A stretch of DNA of 50,058 nucleotides from Candidatus Uhrbacteria bacterium (lineage in GTDB: Bacteria; Patescibacteriota; Patescibacteriia; UBA9934): NCBI GenBank assembly GCA_018664485.1, contig JABJOE010000009.1, forward strand, positions 142,635-192,692. The letters run 5' to 3'. The notes under the pieces were generated by a model that did not search any database, had not been told where the DNA came from, and was given only the letters and a program-made list of their open reading frames with translations. Position 1 is the stretch's first letter. Each line of letters begins with the position of its first letter. Positions 23,997 to 32,877 of the stretch are shown piece by piece. Both the position numbers and the translations under genes were made by a program.

Positions 23997-25190
23997 CTAT
24001 TTTACTTCAGCCTGAATCTCTCCGCGGCCGAATTGTACCGTAATATCATTACCCGGAGCAAGTTTCTTAGCATCACGAACAATCTTACCGCTACGGCGCA
24101 CAACACTAAATCCACGCTCCAAAATATTCTTAATATCATAGCTCGCGAGCAGACGTGACAATGTATCTATGTGTTTACGAGTTGCAACCAAACTTAATCT
24201 GAAACGATCAAAAGCATGTGAGAACTGATCAATAACCAAACGCATCTCGTGCATTCCAGTTTCCATAAAATGACGCAATGATCGCATGGCGGATTCTACC
24301 TTTTGATTTTGCCGATCAAGCTTATGGTCCAATCCATCGTTCATACGGGTAAGACTGGTACTGATCTCGCGCCACACTTCGCGACGATCCGGTACTACGA
24401 CCTCAGCAGCATTACTTGGAGTAGACGCACGAACATCAGCCACAAAATCGCACAATGATTCATCCCGTTCATGCCCAACGCCTACAACTACCGGGATTGA
24501 TGACTGAAACACAGCACGCGCAACCTGTTCATCGTTAAAAGCATGAAGGTCCTCAAGTGATCCTCCTCCGCGTGTCAGAACCAACATGTCGGGACGCTCC
24601 GCTTTCGGTAATCGATCAAATGCTGCGAACGCTGCGATGATCTCGCGAACCGCATGCTGACCCTGCACATGAACAGGCGTATGAACAACCTCAACCCCTC
24701 CCCATCTATTATTCAAAATTCTAATAAAGTCACCGTATGCAGCAGCCTCCGTCGACGTAATCAAACCGATACGCTGCGGGAACCTTGGAAGTAGCCGCTT
24801 ACGTTCAACTGCAAACAAACCCTCTTTTTCGAGCTGAGCTTTCAAAAGCATGTACGCCTTGGCGAGTGCACCCTCCCCGACAGGTTCAACTGCCTCAACA
24901 TTCATTGAGAACTTTCCAAACCTCTCATAAACCTTAGGGTAACCGACAACCTGAACTCGCATACCGTCCTCAAGCGGTGTCTTCACTTTAAACGTAGTCG
25001 CAAAACACGAAACCTTCGCTTCGCGTTCTTCATCTTTCAAATCAAAGTTAATCCACTTACCCTGGCTAATTCGACAACCAACGATCTCCCCAACGACAAC
25101 AATTTCCTCGCTTGGAATAAGCGCCATCGCATCGTTGATAAGGTCGATATAGTCACCGACGCTAATTGATTTTCGTCCTTCTTCAAGCAT
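23997..25190 (-). CDS. xseA: exodeoxyribonuclease VII large subunit
   Basis: N-terminal OB region, then LITSTEAAAYGDFIRIL and TRGGGSLEDLHAFNDEQVARAV. Confidence 0.9.
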   Translation of the reverse strand: MLEEGRKSISVGDYIDLINDAMALIPSEEIVVVGEIVGCRISQGKWINFDLKDEEREAKVSCFATTFKVKTPLEDGMRVQVVGYPKVYERFGKFSMNVEAVEPVGEGALAKAYMLLKAQLEKEGLFAVERKRLLPRFPQRIGLITSTEAAAYGDFIRILNNRWGGVEVVHTPVHVQGQHAVREIIAAFAAFDRLPKAERPDMLVLTRGGGSLEDLHAFNDEQVARAVFQSSIPVVVGVGHERDESLCDFVADVRASTPSNAAEVVVPDRREVWREISTSLTRMNDGLDHKLDRQNQKVESAMRSLRHFMETGMHEMRLVIDQFSHAFDRFRLSLVATRKHIDTLSRLLASYDIKNILERGFSVVRRSGKIVRDAKKLAPGNDITVQFGRGEIQAEVK

Positions 25191-25512
25191 ATGTAGTCAA
25201 TGCAAAACAAATTCGTAGGTTTTAACTTTATCTTTTTCCCTGTAATACGCTTCCAAAATACTCAATGTAGCTAAGGCTATATGTCGTACCTTGTAAACGC
25301 ATTACAGCTAAAAATCTTTTGTAAAAATACCCGAATTCACCTTGCACTGACTATGGTCGCATTTTAGCACATAAGTAAGACCCCTAGCCCAGCAAAGCCA
25401 AGTCATCGATAACTATTCTACACTACTTCGCCATTAAATGGCGTACTTGACCTACAGAATAAAATAGTAGAGAATTATTTTAAGCTAATCATGCTAATTA
25501 GAGAAATTATTT

Positions 25513-25923
25513 ATGTCGGAAATAAACCGATCTCATCTCGAACGAGGAATGAGCGACACCCAAAAAGTCCTTGAAAATGCCCACGATGTACCAGATCACC
25601 TCGTGAAAATTGATGAGGACGATCTGGATAGAATTATAAAAACAAAAGCATTTGAGGACCTGACAACTTACGACATGCTAACGCTAGCAACCTTGCATCC
25701 AGAGTACGCAAGTGACCTAGAAGAGCTTGCATACGATCGCGATCGCGAACGAGAGTTTGAAGACGCTGGAGATAACGCACTGAGAGATAATGTTGGAATT
25801 AAGGAGGACGGAAAAGGAACAAACATGTTTGATTTAATTAGACCAGAATACAAAAGCTTGGAAGCATGGGTAACCAAAAGAAGAAAGGACATGCAAGAAG
25901 ATGAAGAGAGTGAGAAAATCTAA
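25513..25923 (+). CDS. hypothetical acidic protein (136 aa)
   Basis: ORF track. It ends at the bidirectional terminator. Confidence 0.55.
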   Translation: MSEINRSHLERGMSDTQKVLENAHDVPDHLVKIDEDDLDRIIKTKAFEDLTTYDMLTLATLHPEYASDLEELAYDRDREREFEDAGDNALRDNVGIKEDGKGTNMFDLIRPEYKSLEAWVTKRRKDMQEDEESEKI

Positions 25924-25960
25924 GATCTCACGTTACAACAACATCGTTCAAAAATAAGAA

Positions 25961-25990
25961 AAAGCTATAGCCTTGTGCTATAGCTTTTTC
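25961..25990. terminator. bidirectional terminator
   Basis: gaaAAAGCTATAGCcttgtGCTATAGCTTTttc. Confidence 0.8.
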
Positions 25991-26318
25991 TTATATATCC
26001 AAAACAATCATGTCGCCTCCCCAAAAGCAAACTCCCACCGGTCCTTAAGACGGCGGGAGCGAGTGAGTGCCAGTGAGACTGGCGAGTTGGCGCCTGATAC
26101 CGGACTCGCCAGGCGGAGCCTGGTCCGGCTTCGCCGGAAACCCTTTGGTGAATAGCCGGCAAGGCAAAAGGCGGACTACTGTCCAGAAGCAGTGGCGAGG
26201 CAACCAACCTCAGTGTCCTTCGAGGGAAGGCGCATGAGCATGATGTAAGCCGCGAAAACCAACGCGGCCGTCAGCCTGATAGTCATTGACACAGTGAACA
26301 AGATTCACCTCCAATTCC
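25991..26318 (-). ncRNA. promoter/terminator-bounded GC-rich transcript (~360 nt including the terminator), function unknown
   Basis: Lies between the promoter at 26325-26353 and the terminator at 25961-25990. The 3' two-thirds is GC-rich, full of hairpins, and contains the 32-nt module shared with copy A. Confidence 0.4.
26176..26301 (-). CDS. possible 41-aa hydrophobic peptide at the 5' end of that transcript
   Basis: GGAGG (26308-26312) lies 6 nt before TTG 26299-26301. Translation: (M)FTVSMTIRLTAALVFAAYIMLMRLPSKDTEVGCLATASGQ*. Confidence 0.3.
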   Translation of the reverse strand: MFTVSMTIRLTAALVFAAYIMLMRLPSKDTEVGCLATASGQ

Positions 26319-26324
26319 GGCGGG

Positions 26325-26353
26325 AGTATAGCGCAGATTTTCGCGCATGTCAA
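26325..26353 (-). promoter_or_regulatory. strong sigma70-type promoter
   Basis: Minus strand reads TTGACA (26348-26353), a 17-nt spacer, then TATACT (26325-26330). Confidence 0.7.
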
Positions 26354-26444
26354 TGCTAAGAGGGCAAGAGAATACGCATATCACTCCGCCTCAAAACAAA
26401 GATACTTTATGAATGTTTAACCCTGACTGTTATACTGTTTACAT

Positions 26445-28079
26445 ATGAAAAAATATCTCTTTCTTTTAGCGTTCATCGCTTTAATACCAATGAACGTACA
26501 AGCAGAAACACTCGAGGCCGGCGACCTTATCACCTGCGTCGAAACTGATGCCGTGTATTACTACGGCGAAGACGGGAATCGCTACGTATTCCAAAACGAA
26601 GCCGCATACTTCTCATGGGAAGACGACTTCGACAACGTTGTAACTATTAGCTGTGACGATCTTGCAGACATCCAACTCGTAGATATTGTTCCCTACCAAG
26701 CTGGGACGCAACTTGTAAAGATTCCAAGTGTACCTACTGTATACGCTGTTGAATCAGACGGAACCTTGCGAGAAATTCCAGACGAAGAAACGGCAAAAGA
26801 ACTTTACGGAGAAGACTGGGCAAACCTAGTTGATGATCTTGATGAATCATTCTTCCCGCAGTATGAGGTTGGGGAACCGCTCGGGGACGATGAAATGCCT
26901 CAGGGAATGATCTTGAAAGATGAAAATGGCGTTTACTACGTAGTTGATGGTGACGGTGCAGCCGTTGAAGCAACTGACATCATCGGAGACGGAACTGACA
27001 GTCAGCTCGATGACTTTGCTGTCATGGTTACAGATTTGATTGATGAAATCCTTGAAGTTATTGAGTACTACATGGACGGAGATGAGGACTTCGAAGAGAA
27101 GCTCGATGACATGATGGCGAAGCATGGTTTCGTAAACGTGGATGATGATGAGAAGCTTGATGACAATGAGCACCCTGACTTCATGCTTTTAACGGATGAA
27201 GAAATTGAAGAACTTCATGAGCTAATGGATGATGAAAAGGACGAAGATTTTGTAGATACTGATGGTGACGGACTTTCAGACGAGGAAGAAGAAAACGTTT
27301 GGGGAACCGACCCTAACAACTTTGACACCGATGGTGATGGTTTCGGAGATGGAGATGAGATCCTGCACGGCTTCGATCCATTGGGCGACGGAATGCTCGA
27401 TGAAGATAATAGCGGTGAAGGAAATGCTGACGATGACGCTACAGGAGACGATGATAAAGACGAGGACCACGAAGGATCTGACGACGCCGATAAAGGTGAC
27501 GATGATACCGATAAATCAGATGATGACACCGGTGAAAATGACGAGCCCGCTGATGACCATATGGACAATCCAGACGACGAAGATTTTGTAGACACGGATG
27601 GTGATGGACTTTCAGACGAAGAGGAAGAAGACGTTTGGGGTACAGATCCTGATAACTTTGACACCGATGGAGATGGTTTCGGAGATGGAGATGAAATCCT
27701 TGCTGGTTTCGATCCACTTACGGATGAATCTACCGGTGAGGCAGTTGAAAATGGTTCAGACGACGACGAAGATGAGGATGACGGAGATAAGAGCGCTGAG
27801 GACCTAGATGATCTCGATGACGCAGATGACGTCGATGACGATACAACTGGGGAAGATCTCCCACCGCTCGATGATGACGATGAGGATATAGACGGAGACG
27901 GTCTAATTGGTACAGATGAAAATGCTATTGGAACAAATCCAAGCAATCCTGACACAGATGGTGACGGTGTAAACGATGGACAAGAGGTACTTGATGGCAC
28001 CGACCCACTTGATAGCAGTGACTTACTTGAAGATATGTCAGGAGATGATCCAACAGGTGGATCTGCAACGGGAGCATAA
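26445..28079 (+). CDS. secreted, extremely acidic protein with thrombospondin-type-3-like Ca-binding repeats
   Basis: Signal MKKYLFLLAFIALIPMNVQA. Repeated DTDGDGLSDEEE..WGTDP.NFDTDGDGFGDGDE units. The DNA repeat 27243-27390 matches 27579-27726 at an offset of 336. Confidence 0.8.
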   Translation: MKKYLFLLAFIALIPMNVQAETLEAGDLITCVETDAVYYYGEDGNRYVFQNEAAYFSWEDDFDNVVTISCDDLADIQLVDIVPYQAGTQLVKIPSVPTVYAVESDGTLREIPDEETAKELYGEDWANLVDDLDESFFPQYEVGEPLGDDEMPQGMILKDENGVYYVVDGDGAAVEATDIIGDGTDSQLDDFAVMVTDLIDEILEVIEYYMDGDEDFEEKLDDMMAKHGFVNVDDDEKLDDNEHPDFMLLTDEEIEELHELMDDEKDEDFVDTDGDGLSDEEEENVWGTDPNNFDTDGDGFGDGDEILHGFDPLGDGMLDEDNSGEGNADDDATGDDDKDEDHEGSDDADKGDDDTDKSDDDTGENDEPADDHMDNPDDEDFVDTDGDGLSDEEEEDVWGTDPDNFDTDGDGFGDGDEILAGFDPLTDESTGEAVENGSDDDEDEDDGDKSAEDLDDLDDADDVDDDTTGEDLPPLDDDDEDIDGDGLIGTDENAIGTNPSNPDTDGDGVNDGQEVLDGTDPLDSSDLLEDMSGDDPTGGSATGA

Positions 28080-28091
28080 GTAGCAAACATA

Positions 28092-28128
28092 AAACCGCCT
28101 TCCCAATTACGGGTCGGCGGTTTTGTGT
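28092..28128 (+). terminator. intrinsic terminator
   Basis: AAACCGCCttcccaattacgggtcGGCGGTTTtgtgtttt. Confidence 0.7.
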
Positions 28129-28142
28129 TTTATACAAAATTA

Positions 28143-28469
28143 CTAATCTGCGTACCTAGCTTTCATTTGCATAATATCGCTTCTAAGAGCTTCTACGTAA
28201 GTCTTTTTTGGTGTTCCGTCATTCTCTTCTGCTGATTTATGGACCGCTTTCAAACTACGTTCCAACGTAACCAAATCCATATCGTCTAGTCTTGGTACCA
28301 AATCCTCGAAAACCTCCATAACCTCAGCCGCATCAACAAAAGCGTTTAATGCACTATCCATCCTTATTTCATGTCGAGCCTTTTGCACACGTTCAAGTGG
28401 AGACAAGAGCCTCTCTGGAGTTGATCCCGCTACTTCAGGTCGTCGTGATTCTGGATGCATAATAAACAT
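28143..28469 (-). CDS. hypothetical protein (108 aa)
   Basis: ORF track only. Confidence 0.5.
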   Translation of the reverse strand: MFIMHPESRRPEVAGSTPERLLSPLERVQKARHEIRMDSALNAFVDAAEVMEVFEDLVPRLDDMDLVTLERSLKAVHKSAEENDGTPKKTYVEALRSDIMQMKARYAD

Positions 28470-28693
28470 TATGATTAATAAATACAGTATACTCCTAAAT
28501 GGATAAAAAGCCTTCTACACTCTAAAAACCATCTAATAGGCTTCTCAAAAAACATGATATTTTCATATACTTCGAGAAGCCACCATCTTTCGATGGAGAC
28601 TGCGGACACTGGAGTACCAACACCGCATACGCGTGACGTTTTGCAGGAGTCACCCTGATCAAGCTGCAGACTTGAATCTCCTCTACTAAAAAA

Positions 28694-28921
28694 CTACCAG
28701 GGAAAAGTCCTCTCTCCATTCTCGTCTACTGGATTATCTCCCAAACCAGCGTCTTCTCCATTCCTTATTCGCGCCAACTGTTCTTGGTACGGGACCTCAG
28801 AATTGGAATCCATCTTCCTGACGAACTCCAAGATCCAAATTACAACAGCAGCGACCAGAAAGACGAACGCAACGCAGATAAAAACTACGATAGCGATCAT
28901 TGTCCAGGGATCCAAACCCAT
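28694..28921 (-). CDS. hypothetical single-TM protein (75 aa)
   Basis: ATG is preceded by CTTGAGAGCTAGGAGGAAGAA. TM IAIVVFICVAFVFLVAAVVIWIL. Confidence 0.6.
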   Translation of the reverse strand: MGLDPWTMIAIVVFICVAFVFLVAAVVIWILEFVRKMDSNSEVPYQEQLARIRNGEDAGLGDNPVDENGERTFPW

Positions 28922-28926
28922 TTCTT

Positions 28927-28942
28927 CCTCCTAGCTCTCAAG
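28927..28942 (-). promoter_or_regulatory. conserved leader/SD block, copy 1
   Basis: Minus strand CTTGAGAGCTAGGAGG is identical 16/16 to 29248-29263. Confidence 0.7.
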
Positions 28943-29036
28943 TCCGTTCAACACCTTATGCATTGCTCGGGCTAATTGAGTCACCGTCCGTGGACGGTGC
29001 GCGGTGCCGGGAGATTGAATCCGGCTACTATACTTC

Positions 29037-29243
29037 TCAGTCTAAGAAATACAAAATCGTATTAGTCCCATGTGAAATCATATAGATGATCAGAGTATCT
29101 TCCGGGGTGAGAGGACTACCGACAACGGCAAGGTAACCGAGGTAGACCACAACACTCGTAAGCACCGCAACTGGAACAGCCAACAAATTGGCAACTGAAC
29201 CACTTAACGCTATCCTGAGCCCCTTTGCAATATGCGCTCTCAT
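29037..29243 (-). CDS. hypothetical two-TM protein (68 aa)
   Basis: ATG is preceded by CTTGAGAGCTAGGAGGGTAG. Hydrophobic core. Confidence 0.55.
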   Translation of the reverse strand: MRAHIAKGLRIALSGSVANLLAVPVAVLTSVVVYLGYLAVVGSPLTPEDTLIIYMISHGTNTILYFLD

Positions 29244-29247
29244 CTAC

Positions 29248-29263
29248 CCTCCTAGCTCTCAAG
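29248..29263 (-). promoter_or_regulatory. conserved leader/SD block, copy 2
   Basis: See 28927-28942. Confidence 0.7.
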
Positions 29264-29409
29264 CGCGATCAGCACAGGGTGTGTCGATCGGGCCAGTTAA
29301 GCCCCGGTCTGCGCATATGCAGACCGAGAGTTCCGTCGTAGTGCATTTAAGCACCCACACATATCAGTGTGACCAAGTTTGTTACTTGGATTTATAGAAT
29401 CTACTTGAA

Positions 29410-29733
29410 TCAAGTCAGCTGAACAACACTTGTCAAATCGGTGACCGTGAAGATCTCACAGAGCTTCGGATCCGCAAAGTCAGGGAACTTACGAAGCACC
29501 ACCGACATATCTCCTTCTTCGAAGCGTCTCTTGAGATCGCCCTTAGCCCCCTCATCGCTGAATGGCATGGCGATCACTGCGCGAGTTCCGTATCCATTCC
29601 AGCGATGCTTCCAGATGAGAAAGCTCACACCGTTCCGCCTGATGAAGCCCCCAGGACACCAGCCGTGGTGCGAGGTCTGTCCGAACATATTCCACACGAA
29701 TTCATTGAGCATGGCGAACTCCTTTGTTGCCAT
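29410..29733 (-). CDS. hypothetical protein (107 aa)
   Basis: ORF track. It has its own promoter 285 nt upstream. Higher GC. Confidence 0.6.
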   Translation of the reverse strand: MATKEFAMLNEFVWNMFGQTSHHGWCPGGFIRRNGVSFLIWKHRWNGYGTRAVIAMPFSDEGAKGDLKRRFEEGDMSVVLRKFPDFADPKLCEIFTVTDLTSVVQLT

Positions 29734-30019
29734 TTTGGGACAGATTATCCCTTATCAAATCACCAATACATGATGCCCTGATAAGGGGTCCGCACACGCC
29801 GTAATAAACGATCTGTGTGCGGAAAGGTTGGGTCTTTCTTCGTCCTTCAGCAGCGACCCTGACGAATTCCAAAGGAATCGATCGTCAGATTTGCTTCCAG
29901 CCAGAAAGACCCATGTTCAAATCCCGCGAGTGATCGTGGGAGAACATGGGTCCTCATGTTTCCGTCTACTTTAAGGCGAGACAGGTGGCCTTTCGAACAT
30001 GAAAGTACTTACCTTTGAT
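29734..30019 (-). promoter_or_regulatory. ~285-nt highly structured 5' leader
   Basis: Long hairpins include GACCCATGTTC...GAACATGGGTC, GACGAtcgattcctttggaatTCGTC and CCGCACAC...GTGTGCGG. Confidence 0.45.
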
Positions 30020-30025
30020 ATATCT

Positions 30026-30054
30026 ATAATAGCACAAAATCGCCCTTTTGTCAA
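30026..30054 (-). promoter_or_regulatory. strong sigma70-type promoter
   Basis: Minus strand reads TTGACA (30049-30054), spacer AAAGGGCGATTTTGTGC (17 nt), then TATTAT (30026-30031). Near-twin of the 19249-19277 promoter. Confidence 0.7.
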
Positions 30055-30096
30055 GGACGATTTTGGATAATCAAAGCGAACATTAGCGAAAATTTG

Positions 30097-31155
30097 CTAC
30101 TCCAACTCTCCTGAAGCACTTACCAAAATCCACTTATACTGACGCAATGGATCTTCATTTGTTGACTCTGGATCTGGAAGCATCGCAGCTACATATACGC
30201 GCAGCGAACCATCCCACATCTCTACAATCTTAGGGTCATTCAAAGAATATACGTCGAACTCCTCAAAGTCCTCATGACTCATCAACTGACCTTCGTAAAC
30301 AAATGTCTCACCGATATCGTAGCTAAAGAACAAATGAATAGTTCCCTGTCTACCATGCGGTGGACGAGCGCCATCAGTTTGATTCATCACAATTAGTGCA
30401 ATCCTTCCGTCTGATAAAGCTATAGCGTTAGGGTCTGCATATAATTCACTTTCAAGAGTGCCATCTAGAATATCCCGATCAGTAACCTCTAAAGTTGATA
30501 GGTCGTCCGATGACGCATACGCTCTATTTACAACTATGTCACCTTCTTCATCCGTTGAATTGAATAGAAGTACTATACCTCCACGATCATCTTCAAAAAA
30601 AGTATACACGCCAAATTCTCTTGCATCAGTTGCATCCTCCGCATATACCTCTAACGCAACATTGTGAGATTCGTAATTAATGTTATCTACAGAGGTTGCA
30701 TACATCACACCTGTTGCGGGTGTGAAAATATACTTGTGGTACATGTCGTCAATAAGCACCCCCGGCGGACGAGTAGAAAGCCCCGTACGATCCTCAACAT
30801 CTTCAAACTCCAACCCGTCGTAAGTAACTACAAGCGGAGCATCTACACCCGGAGCAAATCGCAGCTCTTCTGCACGGTGCTCATATGCCAAAATCAATTT
30901 CTCATCATCTAGATACGTAACCATTGGATTAGACGCATAATCAATTCGCATCCCTTCATCCAATACAAACATTGAACCTGTCTCCTCACCTTCTTCAACA
31001 ACCTCCGCCTCTTCTTCTTCATCCGCCCCCTCTACAACAATTTCCTCTACAGTCTCTGCATCATCTGACTGCATGAAGTAAACAGCGACAACATTGATAA
31101 CGATCGCAAATATGATAACTACAGTTATTAAAACTCCGAATACTTTTTTAGACAT
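30097..31155 (-). CDS. hypothetical membrane-anchored beta-rich (propeller-like) protein
   Basis: 352 aa with an N-terminal TM, an acidic linker (EEEAEVVEEGEE) and a beta-rich body. Confidence 0.7.
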   Translation of the reverse strand: MSKKVFGVLITVVIIFAIVINVVAVYFMQSDDAETVEEIVVEGADEEEEAEVVEEGEETGSMFVLDEGMRIDYASNPMVTYLDDEKLILAYEHRAEELRFAPGVDAPLVVTYDGLEFEDVEDRTGLSTRPPGVLIDDMYHKYIFTPATGVMYATSVDNINYESHNVALEVYAEDATDAREFGVYTFFEDDRGGIVLLFNSTDEEGDIVVNRAYASSDDLSTLEVTDRDILDGTLESELYADPNAIALSDGRIALIVMNQTDGARPPHGRQGTIHLFFSYDIGETFVYEGQLMSHEDFEEFDVYSLNDPKIVEMWDGSLRVYVAAMLPDPESTNEDPLRQYKWILVSASGELE

Positions 31156-31184
31156 AAACTAGATTGTTAGTAAGAAGTTCATAT

Positions 31185-31649
31185 TTAGATTTGATTGAAG
31201 AAAATAGGCTGATAATATTGGATCAACATCCACAATATTGCACCTTCCAACATCAAGCTGATTAATGTTTCAGACCAAATCGTTTTTCCATGCCCTCGTC
31301 CAAAGAACCCCAGTCCGATAATCGGAAGTAAAATGGCGTTCAAGATAGCCCACGACAAAAAGGCGAAAACGAGCATCGATGTAATCGTGTACGGAGAATG
31401 TGTTACAAAAAGCCAATCGTTATTTGCAAAAAGAACATAAAGTCCCCCGTATAATGCAGCAACGACAAAGTGAAATAAAAGTGCCGCGGCGAACACCTCT
31501 CCTTCTGACAACCTACGCTCACCCCACAACTTCACATCAATCAAAAGCGGCAGATTCTTAACCCGCCGTGAAGTCTCCAAAATAATAGCTGGCACCGCAA
31601 GTACAAAACCTATCAATACACCCAGGGCCGTTCCAAGTAAAATATCCAT
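31185..31649 (-). CDS. hypothetical multi-TM membrane protein, apparently leaderless
   Basis: ATG 31647-31649 (MDILLGTALGVLIGF...) lies exactly 6 nt downstream of TATTAT (31656-31661). Confidence 0.6.
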   Translation of the reverse strand: MDILLGTALGVLIGFVLAVPAIILETSRRVKNLPLLIDVKLWGERRLSEGEVFAAALLFHFVVAALYGGLYVLFANNDWLFVTHSPYTITSMLVFAFLSWAILNAILLPIIGLGFFGRGHGKTIWSETLISLMLEGAILWMLIQYYQPIFFNQI

Positions 31650-31726
31650 GTACCTATAATAACACCTACTGTTTTTCCAAGAAAGCACAAAACCCGACCT
31701 CGAGGGGCCGGGAAGATAGTGAAACT

Positions 31727-32026
31727 CTATCTATGACGGAAAAAGCGGATCATGAACGCTACAGAAAAGAGAAATGTTGCACCAAATACGCCCAGAAAAC
31801 CCCCTGAAGCCATTCCAGCTACGAAGATCTCAGACTTCACCGGATCACTTGCGTCCATCATCCGATAGAGTGCCGCCGACGTAGACATGGACATGGCAAA
31901 GCCGATCCCGGACGAGAGTCCAGAGATAAGAGCTACCATGAGCTCACCACCGGCACCAGTACCTTGATTTTCTACCGTTCCTTCACCCGAAGACATACTA
32001 CCCCCAGAACGATTACTTTCAATCAT
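31727..32026 (-). CDS. hypothetical Gly-rich membrane protein (99 aa)
   Basis: ORF track. Two hydrophobic spans. Higher GC. Confidence 0.55.
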   Translation of the reverse strand: MIESNRSGGSMSSGEGTVENQGTGAGGELMVALISGLSSGIGFAMSMSTSAALYRMMDASDPVKSEIFVAGMASGGFLGVFGATFLFSVAFMIRFFRHR

Positions 32027-32256
32027 TCTATATTACTCTCAGAGCCTCGCACACGACATGTGCGCAAAAACTCAGTCGAACCCCCAAGCGTACTTGGGGA
32101 GACGGGCACGTATTGCCCACGATCACACTTCTATTATGATCGTTACGTTATAATCTCACAGGATTAAAGACCCTACCTAATTGTGCAGAACAGTACCCCA
32201 GCAGAAACAGGAGTGACTTTTGTCGACGCAACTTGTTTGCGACATATCCCATTTTT

Positions 32257-32607
32257 TCAGTTGGATGGAATGCGTACGAATGCGCGGTCAGGTGCATTTG
32301 TAGAACACTCCACTTCCGCACCTATTTCAGCTAAAACGAGCGAGAGAAGCTTTTGCAGCCTTTCCTGGCGTCGCTTATGTGCATCCGAGCCAAGCCCCCT
32401 ATGTCGCATAAGAATTACAGCCTCACAAATCAAGCGAGCTCTGTACGCTTCACCCATAAGACTCATACACGCCTCGACCACCCCCTCACCACTTTCATCA
32501 CTTAGATCATCCGATACGACACAGTCATATTCATGATGCCCCCTGAATTCCTCCAGGTCGATATTGGTAACGAGAATGACCAGATTGAGCTTTGTTTCAC
32601 TAGCCAT
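32257..32607 (-). CDS. hypothetical protein (116 aa)
   Basis: Start MASETKLNLV at 32605-32607 after GGAGGGGAAG. It overlaps the upstream small ORF's stop as ATGGCTAG. Confidence 0.55.
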   Translation of the reverse strand: MASETKLNLVILVTNIDLEEFRGHHEYDCVVSDDLSDESGEGVVEACMSLMGEAYRARLICEAVILMRHRGLGSDAHKRRQERLQKLLSLVLAEIGAEVECSTNAPDRAFVRIPSN

Positions 32608-32746
32608 CTTCCCCTCCTTCGGAACCCGTATCGGCCCCCGTGTCTCCAGTGTCATCGATGACTCGTGTGATATCTAGAATCCTCCCCTCACTCTCGCAAG
32701 GGTCGTTACACGCAATCATGAACAGAATCAAGAACATGCGCTTCAT
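32600..32746 (-). CDS. small lipoprotein (48 aa, below the ORF-track cutoff)
   Basis: GAAGGAGATTGA then ATG (32744-32746). Translation: MKRMFLILFMIACNDPCESEGRILDITRVIDDTGDTGADTGSEGGEDG*. Confidence 0.5.
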   Translation of the reverse strand: MKRMFLILFMIACNDPCESEGRILDITRVIDDTGDTGADTGSEGGEDG

Positions 32747-32770
32747 TCAATCTCCTTCGGGGAAAAGAAT

Positions 32771-32817
32771 AACCCCTTGTTCAAACCGTCCAAATTATTG
32801 GGCGGGAACAAGGGGTT
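32771..32817 (-). terminator. 12-bp-stem hairpin plus U-run, either the terminator of the C39-like gene or a leader attenuator
   Basis: Minus strand reads AACCCCTTGTTCccgcccaataatttggacggtttGAACAAGGGGTTattctttt. Confidence 0.55.
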
Positions 32818-32877
32818 GCCTTATTTCTCCTGGATTTATGGCTCAGGAAGTAACCTACTAGAAAAGATCAAGATGTT

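Noticed and set aside
25991-26318. RNase P RNA, SRP RNA, tmRNA or 6S RNA as the identity of the GC-rich transcript (also considered for 11232-11392)
   Set aside because: Several expected signatures are absent. There is no GGAAAGUCCGG/ACAGAA P4 pair, no GGAA-tetraloop plus AGCA SRP domain IV motif, no T-loop/CCA tRNA-like end or tag ORF, and no 6S-type long bulged rod. Fragments such as AGTCCGG and GCAGCC..GATGACG are too short to count. An Rfam scan is still needed.
27215-28090. 291-aa Ser-rich minus-strand ORF, and several others, antisense to the acidic TSP3-like gene
   Set aside because: They are an artefact of GAT/GAC/GAA-rich repeats, whose complement gives Ser codons. The plus frame has a signal peptide and recognisable Ca-binding repeats.
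29915-29925. tRNA/tmRNA-like T-loop GTTCAAATCCC on the plus strand
   Set aside because: The flanking bases cannot form a T-stem or an acceptor stem. The sequence is one arm of a long leader hairpin on the minus strand.
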